From contig OZ316892.1 in the NCBI GenBank assembly GCA_973895155.1, positions 25,567,233-25,631,232 on the forward strand: DNA of 64,000 bases, read 5' to 3'. This stretch comes from Marsupella aquatica. Lineage: Eukaryota > Plantae > Marchantiophyta. A model generated the notes under the pieces. It was given only the letters and a program-made list of their open reading frames with translations, was not told where the DNA came from and searched no databases. The translations under genes and the position numbers were made by a program. Shown one piece after another: positions 36,889 through 49,500 of the stretch; within the stretch, counting starts at the first letter, position 1; each line of letters opens with the position of its first letter.

Positions 36889-39800
36889 AAACCAGGGAAA
36901 CCCCCAAAAAAAACTGACTGAAGGAAGGAGGCAGAGAAAAAAGAAGCAATTAAGCGGGGCAAGGAGAAGGAGCACCCCCATAGAGAAATCCATGGGATCC
37001 ACCAGCCCATACTGCCAAAAAGAAGGGGCAGTAACAGTGGGAAGGTGGAACCCCCGAACAAGGGGGACCAACAGGAAAAACTACGCCGAGCGAACCCAAG
37101 CAACCAAATGCAGCCACCATGCACCAATAGCAGCCATCCAATCAGGAAACAGCCAGGAAAGAGACTGGGCAACAGGCATACTCCATTCTCCCCAGACTGC
37201 CACTCACCACCATCTCCATATGCCACCTGCCAACCAAGTCTCAGATCCCAATAAAATCCTTGTGCTCTCACCACCAACGCCATATGTCTCCTGCTGACCA
37301 AGTCTCAGATCCCAATAATCCCTTTGTGCTCCCCTAGTCGCTCTGACTTTTGTAGTCTTGAAAAATGGGCCATGAGAATATTATCTGATGTCCTCCTGCT
37401 CAGCCATAATGCACAGCCAGATGACAGAGAACAGATTCCCCCTTCGGATGCTGAAAAGGGACCAAAGAGGGTGTCCCTAATATGGATCCAATAACAAAGA
37501 GAATATCTTGACTCTCCCCACCACTTCCCGTCGAATAAGATTCAATTTGTCTCCAACCAAAAGGAAGCAGAGTTGAACGGTAGCAGCCATATGCTGTAAG
37601 ACAGTCAGAACCTGACGGAGATGATTGGAATGTTGCCAACCTATGGATACTCGAGTGTTATAGTGGAGGAGTACAAAAATGAGGGAATACACGGAGGCCA
37701 GAAAAGTTTTCTCCAAGGCAGGAATCCTGAGAATAATTGGGAGCAAATATCCATGCTGAGAGTGCCAGCATCCCCACCGACAGTCCGGAGCAGCAACCCC
37801 AATCCTTCCATTACATCCCTCTTATATTTGAGTAGGCCAGACCAGCGGAGAATGGAGAGAGCTTGGTACCCAGAATATAACCAGGACAAGAAACCAATCA
37901 AAAATGACTGCCATAGGAGCACGACAGAAAGCAGACCTTGGCGCGCAAGAGATCCAGACATATGTTATGATCCTATTCTTACCAAGAGAATATGCTAGAA
38001 ACCTGATGGCGGTGACACGAGATGAGCCAAAGGAACCAAAAGAGGATGGTTCCGGAATCTACAATCTATACACGATTCATAATATTCGTGAAATAAAACC
38101 TGGTCTCCAAATAAATGTGCGAGGAGAAAGAATCTATATCCATAGAGAGCAACTGTAGTATCAGTCAGAACGTGAAGAAGAACATCAGCTAGGTGGCGTA
38201 ACACAGATTGGAGAAAGAATCTTGTGCAGAAAAAGAGCCATCGATACCCATCCAATGCTGAGAGAAACAACCCAGCCCATTAGCCCATACTCAGATAATG
38301 GGCCACAATAAGGGATGCCGACCGTGAGATTTCACCGACCAGGGAGCTCCAAAAAACTGTTGAGAGCCCGGACCGCTCCTTCCTCGATCCAGAAGAGACC
38401 CAGACAGCCCCATCTCGGGGAGGAAATGGGTACGGTGAATCAGCTGAGAAGCGAGGAGACACTGACCCTGGCCAGGGGGAGAGAATGACTACATAGACAA
38501 GGTGTGCGGAACAAGAGAAAAGTGAACTAGGAGCGCAAAAATCTTGGTGGTATACCAACCATTGGTAAAAAAAACAACGGGAAAAAACCAGTGGGATATG
38601 GATACCATAATTTGACATAATCCTCGGTGGAATGAGGAACAAAAGTGATTCAGCGAGCAAAACGATATGATAATGGACGTGATAAAAATTTCTCTGCGTA
38701 GTATAACCTTTTTTTCTTTTTTTCTGAATCTGAACAGATTGCTACTGAACGAAGATGCACAACGGCTGCAGATGCTGCTGTAGAAGGATCGGAGAGAAAA
38801 CTATTGATTGGCTAAAATTGGCGGGAGTTACGATTTTTCCAGAGTAACCACAAAGTTTGATATATTACAAATAGACGAGCTGAGAGGCAAGGGGAACGAC
38901 CAAGAGCAAGGTCAAGAAAGGAGGTGAAGGAGTGACCACCCGGGAGGAGAGACACTGCAGAAGCCCGTTCGTAGAACCAAGCAGTCCGGTTCCAGGCCGT
39001 CGTGGCTTGAGTGCACGTAAAAAATATGTGCTTATTATCTTCTGGGTGGCCAATGCAAAGGGGGCATATTCCATCCCCATGACCACACTGGAATGCTCTC
39101 CGGCCGGTGAACAGTCCAGCAGCCAGGACCCGCCATATAAAACTTTTCCCACGATTTGACAAATCAGATCTCCATAAACGCCTCCATCTCCTTTGCCATG
39201 TGGAAGGGGAATCAGATGAGCCCCATCTGATGTTCAGCGAACGAGAGTCTGCGCCAGATTGGTCAATAAATTTATATGCCATAACGCTACTGAGAACCCG
39301 AGGGGAACGGTGATTTTTGAGTCCCTTCCAAAACCATTGACCTGGAACAAAGGAGGAAGAACCAGATGGTGGAGGACCATCCTGCAAAAGCTGAAGTATG
39401 TTGGTAAGAACAATGATATTCAATTCCCCTAGTCCACGTATCCTAGAAATCCTGGCCGAAAAATCAATCCAAGTTCCTAAATGACTGTTCCAAAGATCTA
39501 GTACACATTGAATATTTAATCGGGAGCAAGCAGAAGAAATGAGAGGAAGAGCAGAAGCTGGGAAACATTTAGAGCGAAAGTATATTTTGAGAAGGTCTTC
39601 TATTCGCCATCTAGCAGGAATGGCAAGAGAGGAAGAGCTCCAGAGCAAGTTTCCTCGAATCTGAATCCATGCTTTCCAAATTTCTTCGGTATATCTCATT
39701 CCACGAAAACTCGATGGGGATGAGAAAAGGAATCTGTCCATTGGAGTGTATCCTGATGATCGGAGGAGAACCGACTGTTTCCATGCAGCCAAACGAATGT

Positions 39801-41456
39801 TAGCAGAGAATAGCAATGACCAATCCGAAGAAGGATCAGTAATCATCCTAACCGACCATCTTGCGAGTAGGGCCGAGGCTTGTGTTTGGATATCTTTAAA
39901 TCCAAGACCTCCATCCTGTTTTCTGCAACACATTCGTTCCCAAGGCACAAGAGGTGTTTTTCTGCCACCGTCTTTATTATATCCCCAAAGGAAGTCTTTA
40001 CATGTCTGGCGAATCAAGTTAGAGAGGCTACCAGCTATACGTGTATACATCATATGGTAAACCGTCATTGACAACGAAACTTGTTTTATCAATAGAACAC
40101 GTCCAGTGAAGGACAAATTTTTGTTAGACCAGCTAGAGAGCAGACTCTTTAGTTTTTTCATACAAAAGTCTTGTACCTGTTGGTGGGAAATATCTTGTCC
40201 AAACGGAGCTCCAAGATAGCACGAAATCTGTCCTTGCGGGACAACAATTACATTTGAGTCTATTAGCCATTGCGGAATAGATTCTAGACAAAAAGTAAGG
40301 ACCTCAGTCTTTTCTAAGTTTAACTTTGCTCCCGCAGCCAACTCATAAATCTCCAACTTTTGTCTTATTTCAAGAAAACAGGATTCCATTGCAGGGGTGA
40401 ATACCCCGAGATGATCTGCAAAGAATCGATGGAAAAGAGTAAGATCGTTGTTTATCTTAATGCCTTGCACCTCGCCAGCCAAGAGCGCCGCATCAAAGAA
40501 GTCCATTAATGGCTGGGTGGACAATGCATAAACCAGTGGGGCAAGGGGACAGCCTTGTCGAACGCCACGCAATAAATGGATAGGCTGAGAGAATTGTCCG
40601 TTTACGTGTACCTTCGCTGTGGCATTGGTCATTAGACTCATTATTCTACTGATAAACATCGGACTCAATCCAGACGAAGCCAGAGACTCTCTTATGTATC
40701 TATGATCCACTCGGTCAAAGGCTTAGCAAAATCCATTTTCAGAAACATGCCGGGACATTGTTTGGTTTGAGCCAATCGCTAGCCAACCATGCGATAGATA
40801 TGTTGTCGAGAATCTGCCGTCCAGGGACAAACCCTGTTTGTTGATTATTTACCATCTGAGGAAGAAACCTAACGAGCCGGATAGCAATGAGCTTAGCGAT
40901 TATTTTATAGGAGATGTTTAGGAGAGTAATCGGTCTCCAGTTAGACAGTGACTTCTTGTCAGAGGATTTAGGAACAAGCTTAATAACCCCTTCCAAGAAT
41001 CGTGGTAACATTATACCGTCATTCCAGAAAGAAAGGAGCATAGCAAGAAAACCCGGAGCTATGAAGTCCCAACATCCCAAAAAAACCTCAATGGTAAGAC
41101 CGTCGAGACCGGGAACTTTATTTTTTTGAATTTGCTGTGCAGCACTGAAGAGTTCCACGCTAGTCGGAGCCGAGTCTAGGAAGTGAATGTCAGATTCAGA
41201 TAAGCGAGAGGAGGAGAAACTAAGGATACTCCTCCATGCTGCTATATTCAGCTCAGACTCCGGGGCGTCAGGGGAATACAAGGCACTATAGAATTTACCC
41301 ACCTCAGTGAGGATCAGATTTCTATCAGAAGTGGTCGAACCATCAGCTAGACGCACGATAGGGTTTTGTGCCCACGGGCCCTTTGCGGAATAAAGTTTCG
41401 GGGCTCATTCCCCCTCTTTAAAAATAAAATTTTAAATTTTAAATTTTTTTTAAAAA
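36889..41456. mobile_element. 5'-truncated L1-clade LINE, internally inverted, flanked by a 16-bp target-site duplication AGTTCTTGCACAATTA (36873-36888 and 41457-41472)
   Basis: Exact 16-bp direct repeats at both ends. RT and zf-RVT coding region on the minus strand. A plus-strand AATAAA (41389) and A/T-rich tail lie just before the right TSD. Confidence 0.82.
38812..41356 (-). pseudogene. LINE ORF2 fragment (reverse transcriptase + zf-RVT), inactive
   Basis: KVPGLDG, NWRPITLLNISYKIIAK, QTGFVPGRQILDNI, frameshift near 40725, RGVRQGCPLAP, catalytic motif FADD altered to FADH, YLGAP, CPLC..EDNKHIFFTC. The endonuclease domain is missing. Confidence 0.92.
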
Positions 41457-43025
41457 AGTTCTTGCACAATTATCATTATTTACACCCTACTACGTAAATA
41501 CTTACATTTTATTTATGTTTTCATGGGTTTCACTAAGTTAACACTGGATTCTAAGTGATCCTGTGTACTTTTCAAATGACATGAAGTGTTTCAACTAACC
41601 ATGGGTATCAGCCTCAGATTTTATTATAAAAACCCACTAAGGCTACTCCTCCCTTGACACCTGTATTTGAGTATTCAGAGTTTCCTAGATTGAAGGAGAA
41701 CCATTATCAGACTAAGTCAGGTGAGTCAGGCAAATCTACTCTCCAAGTCTTGCTTCAATTAATTTGATGTAGTTGCCAGCACAATCTTGAGGTAATAATT
41801 TAGCAACAAATTGCCTCATGTGATCAGGCTAACTGATACCTTATTTCTTTTCCTTTTTTAAAAACGACCACTTGTTGTAATCCTAACATTGGGTGGGAGT
41901 GCACTCTAAGTTTGGTCCCAACTTACAGTAATCCTACATACTTCCAAATTGCAAGAAGTCGTTAAACTAGTAGTGTCACTCCTCAGGTTCTGGTCCACTC
42001 AAACCCCATAACAAATAAGAAAACTTCTTCAGAAAGTAAGCAAGTATACATAAAGGGATCATTTTCTTCTCTTGCACTTTGGGTGACAGGGGAGGTGATC
42101 TTACTAATAATGCACAATCCAAACCAAGTGTTGAGAGCTACAGTCTAGAGTGAAGCCTCCATACTGAGCCTCCATACTGTGACCCTAAGGGAACAACAAT
42201 AGTCCATACAGAAAACAAGGAATACTGTGATCCTAAGGGAACAACAGTAGTCCATACATAAATCAAGGATGGAGGCAAAGGTGAAATAATAAGGAATGTT
42301 TTTTTTGTCCCCTCTCTATTTACTTTCAATGAATGGGTTATCAGGCTAGTCCTCCAAATCCCAAAAGATTTGGCCGGGAAGATAAGCCAGGTATAAGCTG
42401 GAAAAATCCAAAAAATACTGGAAACAAGCCAAAAATTTGTGGCCTCCTGCAAAAGCTCATGACCACTGGAGAAAATTATTTTAAGACTCATAGTCATCAT
42501 GTTATAGGCCCAAAACTTCCATATACTACCACCAAAATGTGGTACACAATTTCCATGTACCACCAAAATGTGACACACAGGAGCACCATGACCAAAGTGG
42601 TGGTTCATCCTGGCTCCACTTTCAATTAGAGCTAAGGTAACACTAATTCATGAGCAGAGCCATAAACTTCTTCACCTGAATAACTAACAAAAAACACTAA
42701 TTGGCTGAACAGTTCAAAGCCTACTATCCAGGGGGAAACCTCTATTAAGGCATAAAGTTTGCATGGCGTAAAACTTTACATCCAAAGGACGGGTAATGGG
42801 GCTCTTGTAACACATTCCCAATGGAATAGTGGGATGGATATGGCTGCTCCAAAAGAAAGACTTGCACGAGAGAGTTTGTGATCTGCAAATCATCCCATTA
42901 TCCGGAAAGAGTTCACATCTCGTGGCAGTCTGCTTGTCACTCGTTCAAATGCCATCTTCCAAGAGAGAATGAAGAAAGCAAGATTATGAGCAGAGAATCG
43001 GGAATGACAATTGAATTCCCATTCC

Positions 43026-43297
43026 CTCTCCTCTCCTCTAGAAACTATGAAGAGAATCGATGCGTGTGGACCTCAAGTGAATTCGATTGACCTGGAAGAG
43101 TGCTCTGAAGAAGGTGAATTCTCTCCTCTCTTGTAGAAACTGTGAAGAGAATCGATGCGTGTGGACCTCAAGTGAATTCGATTGACCTGGAAGAGTGCTC
43201 TGAAGAAGGTGAATTTAGACATGGCGATGCGTGTGGACCTCAAGTGAATTCGATTGACCTGGAAGAGCGCTCTGAAGAAGGTGAATTTAGACATGGC
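43026..43297 (+). repeat. Triplicated 5'-UTR segment (core gatgcgtgtggacctcaagtgaattcgattgacctggaagag.gctctgaagaaggtgaatt x3)
   Basis: Core copies at ~43059, ~43155 and ~43227. Confidence 0.92.
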
Positions 43298-43727
43298 GAC
43301 GGTTTTGGCGAGTACGAGTTTCTTGGGTCCTTCTTCCCTTTCTTCTTCTTCTTCTTCTTCTTCTTCTTCTTCTTCATTATCAGTGTTAGTCTGTCGGCGC
43401 AAGCAAGCTGCAAAATCGAATAGGCACCAGCAGCGGATTGTCGGAGGAGCTGCCCGCGCATCATCGGAGCTCGTCGAGCCGTTGGGGTTGTCATCTGCTG
43501 ATCCAGATTTGACATGGCAAATCACTGCAGGCGCCATCGCTGGAGTCACACCATTCGTGATCGCTGGAATTGAATTTAGCAAGCGAATCATTCAGCAAAG
43601 AAGGTGCCAGGTGTGCAACGGCTCGGGGCTCGTCAAGAGGGCGGGGGGCATTATCGTGAGGTGTAATGGCTGTGGGGGCTTCCTCCCTTGGCAGTCTTGG
43701 AGGCGCTTCTTTTCGTCAGGGCGTTAG
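43293..43727 (+). CDS. FIP: Plastid DnaJ-like zinc-finger protein similar to FtsH5-interacting protein (FIP), 144 aa, single exon
   Basis: Ser-rich transit peptide encoded by a (TTC)n SSR. TWQITAGAIAGVTPFVIAGIEFSKRII, CxxCxGxG and CxGCGG, FLPWQSWRRFF, recognised as the FIP/DnaJE1-type signature. Confidence 0.8.
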   Translation: MATVLASTSFLGPSSLSSSSSSSSSSSSLSVLVCRRKQAAKSNRHQQRIVGGAARASSELVEPLGLSSADPDLTWQITAGAIAGVTPFVIAGIEFSKRIIQQRRCQVCNGSGLVKRAGGIIVRCNGCGGFLPWQSWRRFFSSGR

Positions 43728-46586
43728 AGTTCTCACGTGTTGACGAGGTTGTCGAAGAAATGCAGATGACTTTGCTCTGGAGGCCGGACTGAATGGGCAG
43801 GGGAATTTTCAATTCAAATAGATAGAGTGGAATGAATTTAGCGTGCGTCGGGGACCAACAGTGCCATAGAACCAACCATGTGCAAAAATTTCTCGCTGTT
43901 CATGATTGGGAGGCAAACACGAAGGAGACTAATGACAGCAAGAAAATTAAACTCTCAGATGGCTACTGTAGTGACCAACGGATCACATACTGAATGCTGT
44001 GGAATTCCGAATTGGTGGCACAATTTACATTTAGCTGGAGAGCGATAGACCGAGAGACACTGGCTTCTTCTAGGGGAGAAGAGGCTCGTTCCATTGCTTA
44101 TCGAGAAGGGATTCTTGACCCTGGTCAATGATTTGGAAGGTGGTAGTGAGTTAGTGCTTATGCTTAGGGAGCCGGACTAATGAGAAAGGGACATTAGACC
44201 CATGTACAGAGAATGAATGATTGAGTGAATTTGAAGTCCACTGATGGAAGCAGATGGGACCAACATTTCTTAAGGGTACTTGAGTCCAGGATGGGAAGGT
44301 ACACTAGAAAATCTAAATGGGTAACTTGTTTTTCTCATCTGCTAGATTAGATGGTTTAAACCAATCTTCTTTTCTCAGCTCAAATGTGGTCTCGAAATGT
44401 GAGTGGTACATTTCATTGAAGGAAATAGTTTGAAATTTCCCTACAAAGCACTTGTTGTGAAATGAAGATTCACATACAGCCGCAGTGCTGGTGATGATCC
44501 TTCCAAAATTGGCCAGAATTGGGACTAGAAACGGGCAGAAACTTATGCTTTTACGGGTTTCCATTGTGTTCAGACGCTGAGCCTTGCATTTAGACAGTAA
44601 GCTTTTCAGAATCTGGAACCTAGCTGCAGTCAAAATACCTGGATTAAGTGCTCTGAGCATACCTAAGAAAACTCGGATTTGCATCCAGCAAGAACCAGAA
44701 TTCGAAGGTTTGAATCCATAGATTCTTGTCGTACGAAACAGTGAATAGATCGTCAATTTCGACATGTACTCTGTTATTCCAAGCTGAAGTGTGAGAATAT
44801 GATTCCCGTAGCTGCAAATCTGTGTCTCAGAATCTCCCTTTCCAACCCTACGGATTCCATGCCTCAGACCCAGGGACCAAACCGAAGTGCGACTTTTGGA
44901 CTCGGTAAGTACGGGGATGCCATACGTATTCGCTGAACGGTTGTTTGGCACATCGGTTGAGCAACAAATCCTTCAGGCCTGGCTAATTCAATTCAATCTA
45001 AATCGAACCTATGTGTTTCCACCCGTGAAGCCGGTCCCTTGGGAAGATGAAAGATAATTTTTTGTGAAGATGAAAGCAATTTTCTCCCAGATGAAATTGA
45101 ATTTTCATCGTGCTTAGGCAATAAATCAATGCAAAAGAGAACAGGCGGCTGAATTATCAAAACAAACAGGGTAACCAATAAAGGGAGCGCAACAAAGCGT
45201 TATCAAAAATATGTACATGTCGATCATAATATGCTCACTGATTAGATAAGCGTTGGATCAGCATTGTGTTGGAAATAATAAATCTGTCTCCGACCTAACA
45301 GTGATCCCGACTAGATGTTGATTTGACGCACTCTCATTGTTGTTGCATCAGCCACCATGGCTTAGCCAAGCCCCCCCTAATTGCATCGGCCACCATGGCT
45401 TTGCTAAAAAAGCCCCCCACCGGTTCACCTCCCGAATTTTCAGTTGTCGCCGAAAAGATTATTTTATTTTCTGTACTAATCGCTTCTAGTGCGTTCCTGT
45501 CCCACCTCGTTAAATCGCATCCAGCGATGGCCTCATTCACAGCATTTCAGCGGTGATCAAAATCTTACCTGCAACTGGAAACACTGCAATCGCAATTGAA
45601 ATAATTGAGGCTGAGTAAGTGAGCAAAGATACACAACCGTGCTAGGTACAGCAGTAGAGGGGTCCACTGAAGCAAAGCCCATGAGTGGAAGTAAGAGATA
45701 ACGATAACCGAGCAGTGAACAATCCTTCACTAATTGCTCTGTCATTAATCATGATTTTCATCCAAAGTACTAGGCTTTACCTGAACATTTAGACCCTATT
45801 ACTAAATAGGCATGACTCCATTGGGAAGAAGTGTTACCCTTGGTAGCGGTGTCAACATTCATTTTCTCCTAGAGTAGATAGAGAGTTGCAGACATAAAAT
45901 GGAGCCCACTTGGTGTAAGAATAAGTCATGCTACCAGATTACCTTGGCTTGCATTTCAGTCTTTGCTACACTTTTCAGTTTGCTTCTCCGTGTTAAATAT
46001 TTTGATTATATGACTTTTGTCCTTAACCTCTAAGATGTGACTACCTTCCTTCAGGCCCCTTGAGCCAATCGAAGAGTCATGGTAGGAGCTCAAATGTTCC
46101 ATGAGTTGCATTGTGATGCACCTTACCACAACATGCTACTCCTAGTCCCCCTACAATTGGCCATGTCAATTTATGTTGTGCTGAGCCATCCCTATAGTTT
46201 AGCTAGCGCTACATCATGGTAACTATGTTTTGCGATGCCAATTTTGAATTTTGCTGAGCCTATTGTCTGGCCTGCCAGGTATCATGCCTCACAGTTGCAC
46301 ATCTGTGGGTTGCTCCAATTTGATAACCTGAGAGTGCGATTCGGAGCAGCAGCTGTTGTTTGGTCATATATCGCTGTTGAAGGTTCTTGAAAGAATGAAA
46401 ATGGGAGTAGCTCCTATTTTCGAAAGCTTGATTGATGTCTGAATACACTAACTAATAACAGCCTCTGAAGGCATTTGACCGGTTTACATGATTGAGGAGA
46501 AGGAACCTCAAACGGTTCTTCTATGCTCTGAGAAAGCTTAAATAAAATTGCCGTCATAGCAGTAATTTTTACACGTGCCTCAGGGC

Positions 46587-49500
46587 TTACTCGGCAGTTG
46601 CACTGTAGTAAAAAGCTTGAGAATGTAGTGTGTACGAGTCTTTATACTTTCGCCCACAACCAATTCGTACCCCGCCTGTCACCCAGTCATCATGATGCAC
46701 CCATGCATCGCGAGAAAAGTCTAGAATCCCCAAAACCTGCAGAATGCCATAACCTTAAAAACATTTAGATGGGCATATATAATAGTTGCACATTAGAAAG
46801 TGACGAACTGAACAAGATACGAAGCAGTTAACGGTGATCTGTATTAAACGTACCGCTCCGCCTTTCCAGCAAGCTATAGGTGCCTCAGTACGATTTTGGA
46901 GAACCTGCAAAGTCAAAAGTTAGAACCCATACAAAGTAAAGAAAGATGTGCCTAATGACTTCATAAATGACACGTGTAGTCACGACAATATCACAAAACA
47001 TAGGACAAAGATAGATACCGCCACTGTGTCCACAGCTTCATGCGCTGGAATATCGTGTAGAACTCTGCCCAAAAAATGACAAAATATTAGTACATTCTCA
47101 AACGTTAGCACATGACGGAACTTCTACAAAGTTTCTTAACAATGGTATCACATTAGTACTAACTACATCTCACCGTTCCTCAACAGCATCGACGAGGCCC
47201 CTTGTGTAAGCCGTGCCCCCAACCTGTTACCACGTTCGAAACAAAAATGAGATTGGTACAATTCTTCGCAACTTGCAGAAACATTCTCAAAAATTAATTT
47301 TCCGATGAACTCAATATTTGCTCATTGCAGTCTGAATCAAATGTAACCGATTAACTGTGATACAAAGGAGATGCTTTCTGAAGAGTGACATACCAATTGG
47401 ATACTGGCAAAGAGCTTCTTTTGAAGGTCTGGCCGGCCTGCTTTGAGATGGATGGCATAAAATAGTTCAGATTACGTCGACAAAGAGCCCTTCAAGAACC
47501 AGTTTAACATGGCATGACAATTGGGCTTCGAGAACTAAAAAAAACAAATCTACAGGTGATTCCGTACCAGTTGTTAGGATGCTGTTAACAATGGCCCGAG
47601 AGAGACCAAGTGTAGAGTCTTCTGGTGAGGATCGCTGACTTCCAGCGTTATCCTCAGCTACCACCTCTAAAATCCCTGCCACCAATGGCGCTCCTCCATT
47701 ACTTAAGGTTGGAAGCCCCCCATTTGGTCCCTCAGATTTCCTCGACGTTTCAACGATCACGGAATCATCGAGAACGTCTTCATGATCTACATGGAACCTG
47801 CAGGGTTCGGAGAATTCACATTAAAACTGAGCTACTGATGCAAGTCGTATCCCACAGTGGTAAGTGCATACGACTCCTTCCAGACTCCAAGCGTACCCCG
47901 GCCACCTAAATATATTTCACAGTCGGCTTACCCAGGCCTAAGAGGTGCAGGATACTCCTCTGGCGCGAGAAGCGAGGGGTAAAAGAGCCCCATTATGGGC
48001 ACCTGACATACAACAGTATGCTGAACGTTAAGCTCAAATCAAAGCTTGCCACTAGAAGAATTTCGAACACAAGAGGCTTCGTTATCTGAAACCTTATCGA
48101 ACATTCCATTTCACTTCATTGAATAAGGACATGAAGACTCCAAATATCCTCTATCAGACTATCTTTCCTATCCGCCGTCCCTCACTCAAGGGCAACCTGA
48201 ATGGACAAAGCTGTGTCCACCATCATAGATTTTCCAGTTATGTCCAGTGCTTCGTATCTACCAAAACTAAGTAAGAATTAAAATATTTATTTAAATACCA
48301 TGCGTGAATTTAAATTCAAATCGTCTTTAAGGAACCAAAATTTCCCTTCATGCTATATCTAAAATTACGCAAAACTTCTGAAATGAAAAGCGAGCACAAA
48401 AGAGATGATACGAACATTTAATGCCGTAACGGATCCCGTGTACACAACGCTCGGCTTGCCACCTTCGTAACAAGGAATCTCAATCACTGCACTTTGATCC
48501 CCTTCCTAAACGCAAAATTAGCGGGACGACCTCAGTTCAGTTTTTAATTGTGAAACGAGGAACCCCACAAGCTCACTAGATAACCAGGAGCTCCAAATTA
48601 AACCCGAAATCATGTCAAAAGCAGTTTTGGAAATGATCAACTCACCAATCCTAAAATAACAATGCACAGGGTTCAAAGTTTTGTATGACTAACATCTGTA
48701 ACTTCTGGAAGAAACTAATCTATGAAAATAAAAAAGGCCAAAGCAGACTAATCTAATATGGAGAATTCTACAATTCACAGTCGCCGACGGTAATAATTTC
48801 ACGCGGGGGCAGACTTGTGAAATTACTTCATTTACATTTGAAGCCATAATTTACATCCAAACAATGACATTCCGTTTGCATGAACTGTTCAGATGAAAGA
48901 AAACTTACAATTATCAAGCAATATGATTCCTTTATACGTTCAAGGATATGCAAGTCCATGGGATCATCCAGAGGATTGGTGTCAATAGGAGGCCAAGTTT
49001 GCCACCGCTGCTGTATCCAGAGAAGGCATCGTGATACGTCCTACAAGATATCAAGTTACTTTGAGTAAATAGAGACATCATGCTCGCAAAACGATATTGT
49101 AAAATGCATTTGTAAGAGGTCGTCATCAGGTTTCCAAGGAATATTGTGGGAAACTCTGATTTGAACATGGTTGAATCGGAACGGACTAAAGGTTAGAAGA
49201 ACCACGACGCCGAAGGTGATCTGAACAGTTTTGGAATTCACAGCAATGAGTTTCCATTTTCTTTACCTCACCGCCAAAAGGCAGAATGATCCGTGTTGTT
49301 GGGATCGTAACACCGTCCTGAGAACATCAAGAGCAATTTTCAGACGGTAGTAATTTCAGAAGCCTGGAATCATACCCGTTATCAGTGAGATCAAACGAGT
49401 CTCTCACATCAAAGACCGGATGAACATGACAAGCAGCTTCATGGTAGCTCGTAAGGTGCGTCCAGAAGGTTAGGGGACTTGCCTCAATACACACGATGGA

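Noticed and set aside
44313-44951. 212-aa minus-strand ORF between FIP and ARP9
   Set aside because: No recognisable motifs, and the composition is typical of a chance ORF. It may be UTR or lncRNA, but this cannot be supported from sequence alone.
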